DNA from: Erysipelothrix larvae
GTDB taxonomy: Bacteria > Bacillota_I > Bacilli_A > Erysipelotrichales > Erysipelotrichaceae
Length of the DNA stretch: 32,000 nucleotides
Assembly: GCF_001545095.1 (NCBI RefSeq)
Contig: NZ_CP013213.1
Location: 900,001 to 932,000 of the forward strand
Direction: 5' to 3'
The position numbers and the translations under genes are program-made. The notes under the pieces are model-generated. The model searched no databases and had not been told where the DNA came from. It saw nothing but the letters and a program-made list of their open reading frames with translations. Of this stretch, positions 1-8,520 are shown one piece after another (within the stretch, counting starts at the first letter, position 1; each line of letters opens with the position of its first letter).

Positions 1-291
1 GTACTGTTGTTTTTAAGTATTCCAATCCTCAATGCATTTTTTATCATCACAACACCCAAAGAATTAAAAGATTACTCATGGTCGAAATGCATCGTATATG
101 CTACGGTACGATTAGGAACCATTATGATGATAATTGGGATTCCGGTCCTGTTAATTATTCCAAGCCCAAGCGATAACATTCTAGTGATGATTAGTTCACT
201 GATTATCTGGTCATTATCAACAGTCTGTTCATTTATCTTTTATCCATTAATAATGAAAGGAAGTAAACATGAAATATTATCAAAACCTTGA
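1..291 (+). CDS. integral membrane protein, C-terminal part (5' end lies upstream of the window)
   Basis: Frame 1 is open from base 1 to the TGA at 289-291. The tail is dominated by hydrophobic helices (IPILNAFFIITT, GTIMMIIGIPVLLII, ISSLIIWSLSTVCSFIFYPLI). No family recognised. Confidence 0.4.
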   Translation, partial: VLLFLSIPILNAFFIITTPKELKDYSWSKCIVYATVRLGTIMMIIGIPVLLIIPSPSDNILVMISSLIIWSLSTVCSFIFYPLIMKGSKHEILSKP

Positions 292-1828
292 TTGTGATCC
301 TCGATTTTCAAGTGAAAGTATCTTTTGTCAAAAGATATTCTCTTTGCTCAACTTATCGGATGATAAGGTTGAAGAACTGCTGAAACCATCCCAACACGTG
401 GTTCATGACGCAGTGCTCTTTGATGTTGTTTCATTTATGAAACAATCCAAGAAACTCATGATTTGTGGGGATTATGATTGTGATGGTATCACAAGTACGA
501 CCATTGCGATGATTCTTGCCAAGAAATTGGGTGTTGAAGCTGGATATTATATCCCTAATCGAATTGATGAAGGATATGGAGCGAATAAAAACACACTTAA
601 ACTTGCTTTTGAAAAAGGGTATGATGCCGTGATGATGATCGATAATGGTGTTAAAGCCCTTGAAGCCATTCACTATGCCCATGAAGTTGGTATGAAAGTA
701 TGCATTGTTGATCACCATACCTATGATGAAGCCCCACCTGTGGATGTATTTGTGCATCCAGATGTCTTATCACCCTATTGCGATACCATGTGTGCAGCAG
801 GACTAATGTATACCATTTGCGAAACAAATGGGTATGCAGATGATTATCTATTAGCACTTGGATGTATTGGAACCTTAGGTGATGTCATGCCTTTGTGGCA
901 TAAAAATCGTGAGATTGTGATGGAAGGTCTAAAAGCACTCAACAAACATCAGTTCTTACCGCTTGTTTCATTATTGAATACAAAAAATGCACCCATTGAT
1001 GCCATGATGGTATCCTTTCAAATTGTTCCGAAAATAAATGCAGTGGGAAGAATGGCAGATATGGTTAATGTGAATACAATGATACCGTATTTGATGGCAG
1101 ATGATGAAAACCTCATCTTAAACTTCTGTGCTCAGGTTAACAGTGTGAATACAGTTCGAAAGAACTTAGGCCAAGATTTAAAAACGATTGCGTTGGATAT
1201 GATTGATGAATCCATGCCTGTAAACATCATTTCAGATGAACGGTTTCATGAAGGGTTATTAGGAATTGTTGCGAATCAATTAACAACACTTACTGGAAAA
1301 CCAACCATGGTCTTTCAAAAAGTAAGTGAAGGGTATAAGGGCAGTGCACGCTCAAAAACCATTTCTTTGTCGGAATTGTTCAGTAAGGTTAATGATGCCT
1401 ACTTTATCGCAATGGGAGGGCATGACTTTGCTTATGGAATGACCATCCATGACCATCAATTTGAGGCGTTTTCACACGAGGTTCAATCAGTTGCGAAAAC
1501 ACTTGAATCTGTAAAACAAGACGATGCGATTGTCTTGATGGACGAACCCTTAACAAAATCGATGCTTGAAAGCATCAGTAAATTTGAACCGTATGGTCCA
1601 GGGTTTCAATTGCCACTTTTCGCAATTGAGTGTCCCGATGCAGTCTCCGTATATCCAATAGGAACCAGTGGATTCAGATTTAGTTTTAAAAACTTTTGGT
1701 TAAAAAGTGCTGTGTACTTTAATCCATCCGCAAAATTTGATGGTGATAACATGCCAAAAATGCTCATCGGAAGATTTTCCATTCATTCACAGTATGGACT
1801 GTCATTTACAGTCGAAAGTGTTTTATAA
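269..1828 (+). CDS. recJ: RecJ-like single-stranded-DNA exonuclease, DHH/DHHA1 family (short 519-aa form)
   Basis: DHH-family motifs GDYDCDG, IVDHHT and the DHHA1-type GGHDFAYG. RBS AAAGGAAG precedes the ATG. Sits upstream of apt-relA as in Bacillus. Confidence 0.8.
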   Translation: MKYYQNLDCDPRFSSESIFCQKIFSLLNLSDDKVEELLKPSQHVVHDAVLFDVVSFMKQSKKLMICGDYDCDGITSTTIAMILAKKLGVEAGYYIPNRIDEGYGANKNTLKLAFEKGYDAVMMIDNGVKALEAIHYAHEVGMKVCIVDHHTYDEAPPVDVFVHPDVLSPYCDTMCAAGLMYTICETNGYADDYLLALGCIGTLGDVMPLWHKNREIVMEGLKALNKHQFLPLVSLLNTKNAPIDAMMVSFQIVPKINAVGRMADMVNVNTMIPYLMADDENLILNFCAQVNSVNTVRKNLGQDLKTIALDMIDESMPVNIISDERFHEGLLGIVANQLTTLTGKPTMVFQKVSEGYKGSARSKTISLSELFSKVNDAYFIAMGGHDFAYGMTIHDHQFEAFSHEVQSVAKTLESVKQDDAIVLMDEPLTKSMLESISKFEPYGPGFQLPLFAIECPDAVSVYPIGTSGFRFSFKNFWLKSAVYFNPSAKFDGDNMPKMLIGRFSIHSQYGLSFTVESVL

Positions 1829-1846
1829 TAAGTATGGAGGTGTGAT

Positions 1847-3502
1847 ATGCGATTTCGTAAATTATTAAGTATCTTGGGGATAACATGTTTTGTTTTCATC
1901 ATGGGATTTCCAACTCACATTAATGCAGAGACACAAACACAACAACAAAATGAACTAACAGGTGAAAATGAAACAACGAATCAGACCGAAAATAGTGAAG
2001 AAGCAAAACGTATCATCAGTCTCAATAAAGAGTCTTTTCGAATTGAAGAGTTTTCCAGCGATAAACTTGAGGCGACAATTAACCTTGAACCAAATACCTA
2101 CTCACTGACGATTACAAGCAGTAACCCAGCGGTTGCGACTGTGAGTACCAGTGGGGATATCAATGCATTAACACCTGGTGAAACAACGATTTCAGTGTTA
2201 GTCATTGTGAATGACTCTAAGACATCCTATACCCGAACAATACCGGTCACAGTCTATTCCATTACAGGAACCATTATTTTTGAAAATGAAGCCCGTACTG
2301 TAAGTCGAGGAAGCTCTTTTGACATCAGTTATACCTTGTCTTCAGACGCATTGTCAAAACGCAATATTACGTGGAGTTCATCAAATCCAAGTGTCGCAAC
2401 GGTAGTTAATGGTCGTGTAACGGGGGTTGAAGTTGGTACCACTACCATTACCGCAACCATTGGATCCATTTCTGCATCCATGCGCGTAAGTGTGGTTGTG
2501 CCTTTATCTCAAATTGAATTCAATCCACCCACACTGACTCTTGAAGTTGGACAAACTTCAAATATTCCAAATCTTATTTTTGTGCCTTACGATACAACAG
2601 ATTCTCGTAAAGCGACTTATGAAGTAGAAGATCAAGAAATTATTGTAATTGAAAATGGTGTTTTACGTGCCTTAACAGTGGGAAAAACATTTGTATATGC
2701 GCGTGTAAATAATATCGAAGCAGTATTAGAAGTCCATGTCACACCGCAAACAGAGACTGCAGAGTCACAACAAATTCCTCTTTCCATCCTAAGATCTGAA
2801 ACAGGAGCGCTTGTGTTAACAGTCAGTGATCTTTCAATCTATCAAGGCAATCGATTCCAATTCATCTTGCCATCTGAAGCTGTTAAACAATATATGACAA
2901 GCGAAGGCACTACTTACATTAAAATAATCTGCGATGATTATTTGATTCGTGATAATTGGAAGTTCTTTAATGGGATGATTGTTGATAAGTCGATTATGGG
3001 ATTAGTTGATGAAGATATCGAGTTTCAATTTATCACAACAAATAATGTTGAACAAGTTGCGTTTCGTTTCTCGCAATCTTATGATAAAGACATCAACCTC
3101 AATTTCACCTTGACCTCTATCGCAGAATCCAGCCAATTCTACAGTCAATTAACGTCACCAGGTTATACATTACGTTTCTATAATTCAGAAGGGTATCCAG
3201 CAGGTACGCGCTTTAGCATCAGCCCAACGCTTTTAGGAAATTCAAGCAATAAAATCCACTTGCTCTATCTTGTGGAGAACAATGAATTAGTGGATACGCA
3301 ACAAGAATCAAAACTTGATAGCGAACTGAATGTCGTCCATTTCATGGTTTCAGATAATCTTTATGTTATTACATTTACGAAGATCGGTGTGAATACGGCA
3401 AAATCCATAATTATACTCTTAGCATTGATATTATTCGCTGTGTTCAGCGTTGTTGGTTATCAATTTTACCAACGATTTAAACATAACGGTTGGAAACTGT
3501 GA
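1847..3502 (+). CDS. surface protein with signal peptide, Big_2-type Ig-like repeats and a C-terminal transmembrane anchor
   Basis: N-terminal signal peptide (MRFRKLLSILGITCFVFIMGFPTHINA). Three repeats look like Big_2: SSNPAVATVSTSGDINALTPGETTISV, SSNPSVATVVNGRVTGVEVGTTTITATIG, IIVIENGVLRALTVGKTFVYARV. C-terminal TM helix IIILLALILFAVFSVVGY plus a basic tail; no LPXTG. RBS GGAGG. Confidence 0.75.
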   Translation: MRFRKLLSILGITCFVFIMGFPTHINAETQTQQQNELTGENETTNQTENSEEAKRIISLNKESFRIEEFSSDKLEATINLEPNTYSLTITSSNPAVATVSTSGDINALTPGETTISVLVIVNDSKTSYTRTIPVTVYSITGTIIFENEARTVSRGSSFDISYTLSSDALSKRNITWSSSNPSVATVVNGRVTGVEVGTTTITATIGSISASMRVSVVVPLSQIEFNPPTLTLEVGQTSNIPNLIFVPYDTTDSRKATYEVEDQEIIVIENGVLRALTVGKTFVYARVNNIEAVLEVHVTPQTETAESQQIPLSILRSETGALVLTVSDLSIYQGNRFQFILPSEAVKQYMTSEGTTYIKIICDDYLIRDNWKFFNGMIVDKSIMGLVDEDIEFQFITTNNVEQVAFRFSQSYDKDINLNFTLTSIAESSQFYSQLTSPGYTLRFYNSEGYPAGTRFSISPTLLGNSSNKIHLLYLVENNELVDTQQESKLDSELNVVHFMVSDNLYVITFTKIGVNTAKSIIILLALILFAVFSVVGYQFYQRFKHNGWKL

Positions 3503-3536
3503 TATAATACAACAGTAACTTTGGAGGCATAATAAA

Positions 3537-4049
3537 ATGGATTTAAAACAGTATATCGCAACAATTCCTGATTTCCCGCAAGAAGGGATTTTATTCAGAG
3601 ATATTACACCTTTGATGGCAGATGGAAAAGCATTTAGAGAAGCAACAGAACGCTTTGTCGCTTTTGCTAAAGAAGTCGACGCAGAAGTGATTGTTGGCCC
3701 TGAGTCACGTGGATTCATCTTTGGATGTCCAGTCGCTACTGAATTAGGAATTGGATTTATCCCAGTACGTAAACCCGGGAAACTACCTCGAGAAACAGTA
3801 TCCTTTGAATATGATCTTGAATACGGTTCAAATGAATTACATGTTCATAAAGATGGCATTAAACCCGGTCAAAAGGTGCTAATTATTGATGATTTACTTG
3901 CAACTGGTGGTACAATAGAAGCATCAGTTAATCTTGTAAGACAATTGGGTGGTGAAGTTGTAGGGTGCGCATTCTTAATTGAGCTCGCAGATCTAAACGG
4001 CCGCGAAAAACTCAAAGGGATCGATGTATTCACAATTATGCAATATTAA
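3537..4049 (+). CDS. apt: adenine phosphoribosyltransferase
   Basis: The N-terminus [17 protein letters not shown] and the PRPP-binding motif [13 protein letters not shown] are diagnostic for Apt. 170 aa. RBS GGAGG. Confidence 0.95.
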   Translation: MDLKQYIATIPDFPQEGILFRDITPLMADGKAFREATERFVAFAKEVDAEVIVGPESRGFIFGCPVATELGIGFIPVRKPGKLPRETVSFEYDLEYGSNELHVHKDGIKPGQKVLIIDDLLATGGTIEASVNLVRQLGGEVVGCAFLIELADLNGREKLKGIDVFTIMQY

Positions 4050-4076
4050 CGAAGTCATCGTACTTCGTTTTCTTTA
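4048..4076 (+). terminator. intrinsic terminator after apt
   Basis: Hairpin AACGAAGT-catcgt-ACTTCGTT (4048-4069) followed by TTTCTTT. Confidence 0.6.
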
Positions 4077-4096
4077 AAATATAAGGAGGTGAGAAT

Positions 4097-6289
4097 ATGC
4101 CAGGAAGCACAAACATTTCAATCGATAGTATCTTAAAAGAGGCGAAACGCTATATTCAAAAAGACGAAAATATTCAACTCATTCAACATGCTTATGATTA
4201 TGCAAAAGAAAAACATGATGGACAATATCGCAAAAGCGGTGAACCGTATGTAATCCATGTGATTCAAGTTGGATATATTCTTGCGTCTTTAACAATGTCT
4301 CCAGAAACCATTGCAGCAGGATTACTTCACGATGTCATTGAAGATTGTGGCATTACAAAAGAAGAACTTGCGAAAGAATTTACTCCAGAAATCGCAACAC
4401 TTGTAGAAAGTGTTACTAAGATTGGGAATCTTGAATTTAAAGATGAAAAAGAATATCTAGCCGCTAATCATCGTAAGATTTTTATCGCAATGGCCAATGA
4501 TATTCGCGTTATCTTTATTAAACTTGTAGACCGTCTTCATAATATGCGGACACTTCAATTTCAATCAGAAGAAAAGCAGAAAAAAATAGCACAAGAAACC
4601 CTGGATGTATATGCTCCAATTGCGCATAGACTCGGGATTTCTACCATAAAAAATGAATTGGAAGACTTAAGTTTCCAATATTTACACCGTGACAAATATT
4701 ATGAAATCGCACGCCTTGTGGAAATGCGTAAAGCAGAACGGGATGCACAAGTTACCCGGATGATTACACGCATATCAGAATTATTAACTGAAAATGGCAT
4801 CAAGTTCAATATATTTGGCCGTTCAAAACATCTTTATAGTATCTATAAAAAGATGACAACCAAGCATAAACGTTTTGATGAGATTCTCGATTTATTAGCA
4901 ATTCGTATCATTACCGAAAGTGAATTAAACTGTTATGAAATCTTAGGCTATATTCATGCAGAATATCGTCCAATACCAGGGCGTTTAAAAGATTATATCG
5001 CAATGCCAAAAATGAATATGTACCAATCCCTCCATACAACAATCGTTGGTGATGATGGTAATATTTTCGAAATTCAAATTCGTACCTACACAATGGATGA
5101 AGTCGCAGAACGTGGGGTTGCAGCACACTGGCGCTATAAAGAAGGCAGTAAGATTCCTCAAGAAAAAGAACAACGTGAAATTGAAGAACGGTTGGCTTGG
5201 TTTAGTGATTTCAACCAAATGACCGATGACGATCAAAATGCGCTTGAATACATGGAACTCCTTCAAAGAGATATTTTTGATGCGAACATCTATGTCATGA
5301 CACCAAAGGGACGTGTTATTGGACTGCCTAATGGCGCAACACCTATCGATTTTGCCTATCGAATTCATACAGAAGTCGGAAACACAACAGTGGGTGCAAC
5401 GGTAAATGGCATGTTGGTTCCTTTAAATAAGGAATTAAAAACCGGAGACGTCGTGGCGATTAAGACAGCAAAACAAGCCAAACCATCGGAAGATTGGTTG
5501 AAGGTTGTTAAAACATCGCATGCACGCAATAAAATTAAAGCGTTTGTTCAAAAGAAACAACAAGAAGAACGCGAAGAGCTTATCGTTAAAGGTGAACATA
5601 TCTTTAAAGATGAGTGTAAACGACGAAACGTCGACGAAAAAGAAGTCAAGACTGCAAAACGCTTGGATGCAATCCTCAATGGATTTTCATTGAATTCACT
5701 GGACGATATGTACTTTGCATTGGCTACAAAATCACTCTCCACACAAGCACTCTTTGAGAAACTATCCATTCACAAAGAACCTGTGAGCGAACAAGAGAAG
5801 TTTGAACGCCTGATTCATAAACAAGCAAGTAAACGTGTCGAAGGTGATTTAGGAATTCGCGTGGATGGCATCGATTCAATGATGATCTCACTTGCAAAAT
5901 GTTGTACACCAGTTCCAGGTGATGACATTATTGGATATGTTTCAAAAGGACAAGGTGTAAAAGTTCACCGAAAAGATTGTCCAAATATCGTGAATGAGAC
6001 ACAACGTTTAATTAATGTAAGTTGGGAAGATGGTGTTGATAGTGCAGAATACGAAACAGTATTGTCCATTCTGTCTACCGATCGCAACTTCTTGCTCACT
6101 GACTTAGTAACAACTGCATCACAATTACGCGTAAAACTAAACGCTGTGAATTCTGAAGTTGATGATGACCGGATTCATGCCATCACCACAATGCGCGTTG
6201 TCGTTAAAGATGCGCAACAACTCAGAACGCTGATTGCGAACTTGCGAAAAGTCGAGTCTGTAATTCGTGTTGATCGAAAAACACTCTAA
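4097..6289 (+). CDS. relA: bifunctional (p)ppGpp synthetase/hydrolase, RelA/SpoT homologue
   Basis: 730 aa. HD hydrolase region (HDVIEDC), synthetase region (RPIPGRLKDYIAMPKMNMYQSLHTT), then TGS and ACT-like C-terminal regions. RBS AAGGAGG. Confidence 0.95.
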   Translation: MPGSTNISIDSILKEAKRYIQKDENIQLIQHAYDYAKEKHDGQYRKSGEPYVIHVIQVGYILASLTMSPETIAAGLLHDVIEDCGITKEELAKEFTPEIATLVESVTKIGNLEFKDEKEYLAANHRKIFIAMANDIRVIFIKLVDRLHNMRTLQFQSEEKQKKIAQETLDVYAPIAHRLGISTIKNELEDLSFQYLHRDKYYEIARLVEMRKAERDAQVTRMITRISELLTENGIKFNIFGRSKHLYSIYKKMTTKHKRFDEILDLLAIRIITESELNCYEILGYIHAEYRPIPGRLKDYIAMPKMNMYQSLHTTIVGDDGNIFEIQIRTYTMDEVAERGVAAHWRYKEGSKIPQEKEQREIEERLAWFSDFNQMTDDDQNALEYMELLQRDIFDANIYVMTPKGRVIGLPNGATPIDFAYRIHTEVGNTTVGATVNGMLVPLNKELKTGDVVAIKTAKQAKPSEDWLKVVKTSHARNKIKAFVQKKQQEEREELIVKGEHIFKDECKRRNVDEKEVKTAKRLDAILNGFSLNSLDDMYFALATKSLSTQALFEKLSIHKEPVSEQEKFERLIHKQASKRVEGDLGIRVDGIDSMMISLAKCCTPVPGDDIIGYVSKGQGVKVHRKDCPNIVNETQRLINVSWEDGVDSAEYETVLSILSTDRNFLLTDLVTTASQLRVKLNAVNSEVDDDRIHAITTMRVVVKDAQQLRTLIANLRKVESVIRVDRKTL

Positions 6290-6296
6290 AGATGAT

Positions 6297-6320
6297 GGGG
6301 TCCCTTATTGGACCCTTTAT
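6297..6320 (+). terminator. weak intrinsic terminator after relA
   Basis: GGGTCC-cttatt-GGACCC hairpin followed by only TTTAT. The short U tract suggests partial termination at best. Confidence 0.45.
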
Positions 6321-6344
6321 TCTAATCAATTAAGGAGATCATCG

Positions 6345-6950
6345 ATGCTAGATAAAACATTGCCTTACATTGGTGTCATCATGATAAAAAACAAAACTCA
6401 AGATTATCCACGCTATTCATTACCAAATGGATATTCATACTCGTTTTATAAACCAGGGTTTGAGAAAGATTGGGCGTTACTGATTTATGCATTGGAGAAT
6501 ACCAATTCACTCAATGAAGCAGAAAACATCTTCCAAAAAGAGTTTTTAACAAGACCAGACTTACTCAAAAACCGTTGCTTATTTATTCTCGATGACCACC
6601 AACACATTGTATCAACCGCTTCCTTATGGGAAGGCAATCATTTTGGTTGTGTCATGACCCGCATTCATTGGGTATCAACCGCCAAAGACCACCAACAAAA
6701 AGGTCTTGTTAAAGCGTTGATGACGCGACTTCTCGATTTAAACCAAGAACTCGCACTCACCACGCCCATCTACCTTACATCGCAAACCTGGAGTTATAAG
6801 GCAATTAATATCTATGAGCATTTTGGATTTGAACCCTACTTAGGGGACAAGCCTTTGAACTGGAAATCAAATGCGTTTAACCTAGAAAACCCAAAAGCAT
6901 GGGAAATGATTCATCGGAAAATACAAGCATATAAGAATCTTAAAGATTAG
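6345..6950 (+). CDS. GNAT-family N-acetyltransferase
   Basis: Acetyl-CoA binding-type motif HQQKGLVKALMTRLL, with the C-terminal YEHFGFEP typical of GNAT folds. I moved the start to the ATG at 6345 because it has the RBS AAGGAG 7 nt upstream. The track start at 6267 overlaps relA and the terminator. Confidence 0.65.
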   Translation: MLDKTLPYIGVIMIKNKTQDYPRYSLPNGYSYSFYKPGFEKDWALLIYALENTNSLNEAENIFQKEFLTRPDLLKNRCLFILDDHQHIVSTASLWEGNHFGCVMTRIHWVSTAKDHQQKGLVKALMTRLLDLNQELALTTPIYLTSQTWSYKAINIYEHFGFEPYLGDKPLNWKSNAFNLENPKAWEMIHRKIQAYKNLKD

Positions 6951-7019
6951 TGCAGTTAGAGTTACAGATTATCTTGTATTTTGTATTGATTCTATGGTAT
7001 GCTTAATCCATGAAAATCG

Positions 7020-7216
7020 AAGATCGTGAATGAATCAATGGAGATTGCTTAGAGACATGTTGAAATGGTGAAAGACATGCTTTGGAAATTGATGTGACAC
7101 ACAGGAGATGAATTTCTGAAATCAAGTAGGAAATTTCGTATATCGGCGTTAACGATTTGAGTAAAAAAATAAGGTGGTACCACGTTTCATTACGTCCTTG
7201 GTAGCACCTTTTATAT
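7020..7216 (+). promoter_or_regulatory. T-box leader (tRNA-sensing riboswitch) controlling hisS-aspS
   Basis: T-box sequence AAGGTGGTACCACG at 7171-7184. Stem I signatures AGAGA (7051-7055) and GGTGAAAG (7067-7074) flank the helix CATGT/ACATG. Terminator helix GGTGGTACCA / TGGTAGCACC (7173-7208) is followed by TTTTATATTT. The T-box sequence forms the 5' arm of that terminator, as expected for the antiterminator switch. Confidence 0.85.
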
Positions 7217-7238
7217 TTCTTGAAAGGAGATAACAACA

Positions 7239-8519
7239 ATGTCAAACAAATTTGTAGCACCCCGTGGTACTCAAGATATTTATGGGGAACAGTCCAAGAA
7301 ATGGCAGAGCTTAGAACGCGATGCACGCGCCATCGCAGCGAAATATCACATTGAGGAAATCAGAACACCAATCTTTGAACATACTGAAGTATTTAAACGT
7401 GAAAACGATGCAAGTGACATGGTAAATAAGGAAATGTATACCTTTATTGACAAAGGGGATCGTTCATTAACACTGCGTCCTGAAGCCACAGCAGGGATAT
7501 CTCGTGCATTTGTTGAACACAAGCTTTATGCAAATGGTAAAGGCGTTCAACGTTATTTCAGTATCGGACCTAACTTTAGATATGAACGGCCACAAAAAGG
7601 ACGGATGCGTATCTTTAACCAATTTAATATTGAAGTTTTCAGTGAAGCCAATCCGGTTGTTGATGTTGAGACGATTATGATTGGACTTGATTACATTCAG
7701 AAACTTGGGATTAAAGATTTCCAAGTTGTTATCAATACATTAGGGGATAAAGAGAGTCAAAAAGCATATCGTGATCGACTTACTGAATACTTCAAGCCCT
7801 ATGTTGACACCTTATGTGCAGACTGTAAGCGTCGGTATACACAAAATCCACTGAGAATATTGGATTGTAAAGTAGATGGGGATAAACCAGAAGTTGTGAA
7901 TGCACCTAAGAGTAGAGATTCATTGAATGAAACATCTCGCGTATACTTTGAAACAGTATGTTCCTTATTGGATTCAATGCATATCAATTACCGCGTGGAT
8001 GATTCCATGGTGCGTGGGCTTGATTACTATAATCACACTGTGTTTGAAGTTGTATCAACAGATCCAAATGCAGGTGCCCAATCTACAATTTTCGCAGGTG
8101 GTCGCTATAGCGAAATGGTTGAATACTTTGGTGGCCCTAAAACAGATGCAATAGGATTTGCGATTGGGCTTGAACGTGCATTGATATACGCAGAAATGTC
8201 TGGAACACACTTTGATACGGAAGATCACATTGATGTTTATGGGATGCCACGCGATAAAGAATCAGTGCTGTCAATCTTTAAAGCCATCCAAGCATTAAGA
8301 CACGAAGGCTTTATCTGTGACTTTGATCATGATGTGAGATCGATGAAGGCTCAATTCAAAACAGTCGACCGTACACATGCAAAAGTTGTGATTATTTGCG
8401 GAGAAAATGAACGTGCAAACAATCAACTCACACTTAAGAATATTGAAACACAACAACAACTTCAACTGTCTTTAGAAGAAGGCATTGAAACAATTAAAGA
8501 ATGGTTAAAAGGAGCTTAA
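7239..8519 (+). CDS. hisS: histidyl-tRNA synthetase
   Basis: 426 aa. Class II aaRS motifs (LTLRPEATAGISRAF, FRYERPQKGRMRIFNQF, FAGGRYSEM). RBS AAAGGAG. Confidence 0.95.
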   Translation: MSNKFVAPRGTQDIYGEQSKKWQSLERDARAIAAKYHIEEIRTPIFEHTEVFKRENDASDMVNKEMYTFIDKGDRSLTLRPEATAGISRAFVEHKLYANGKGVQRYFSIGPNFRYERPQKGRMRIFNQFNIEVFSEANPVVDVETIMIGLDYIQKLGIKDFQVVINTLGDKESQKAYRDRLTEYFKPYVDTLCADCKRRYTQNPLRILDCKVDGDKPEVVNAPKSRDSLNETSRVYFETVCSLLDSMHINYRVDDSMVRGLDYYNHTVFEVVSTDPNAGAQSTIFAGGRYSEMVEYFGGPKTDAIGFAIGLERALIYAEMSGTHFDTEDHIDVYGMPRDKESVLSIFKAIQALRHEGFICDFDHDVRSMKAQFKTVDRTHAKVVIICGENERANNQLTLKNIETQQQLQLSLEEGIETIKEWLKGA

Positions 8520-8520
8520 C

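Noticed and set aside
4911-5909. Several antisense or alternate-frame ORFs inside relA (4911-5126, 4985-5368, 5505-5693, 5548-5769, 5724-5909).
   Set aside because: They are shadow ORFs within a full-length, motif-complete relA. The same reasoning applies to shadow ORFs inside recJ, hisS, aspS, tsf, pyrH/frr, rseP, the PTS genes and gpmI.
6267-6344. Track start of the GNAT ORF at 6267, overlapping relA.
   Set aside because: That start lies inside the relA 3' end and the terminator hairpin. The ATG at 6345 has a proper RBS.
7003-7326. 107-aa minus-strand ORF spanning the hisS leader.
   Set aside because: It overlaps the T-box leader and the hisS start, and has no RBS or family resemblance.
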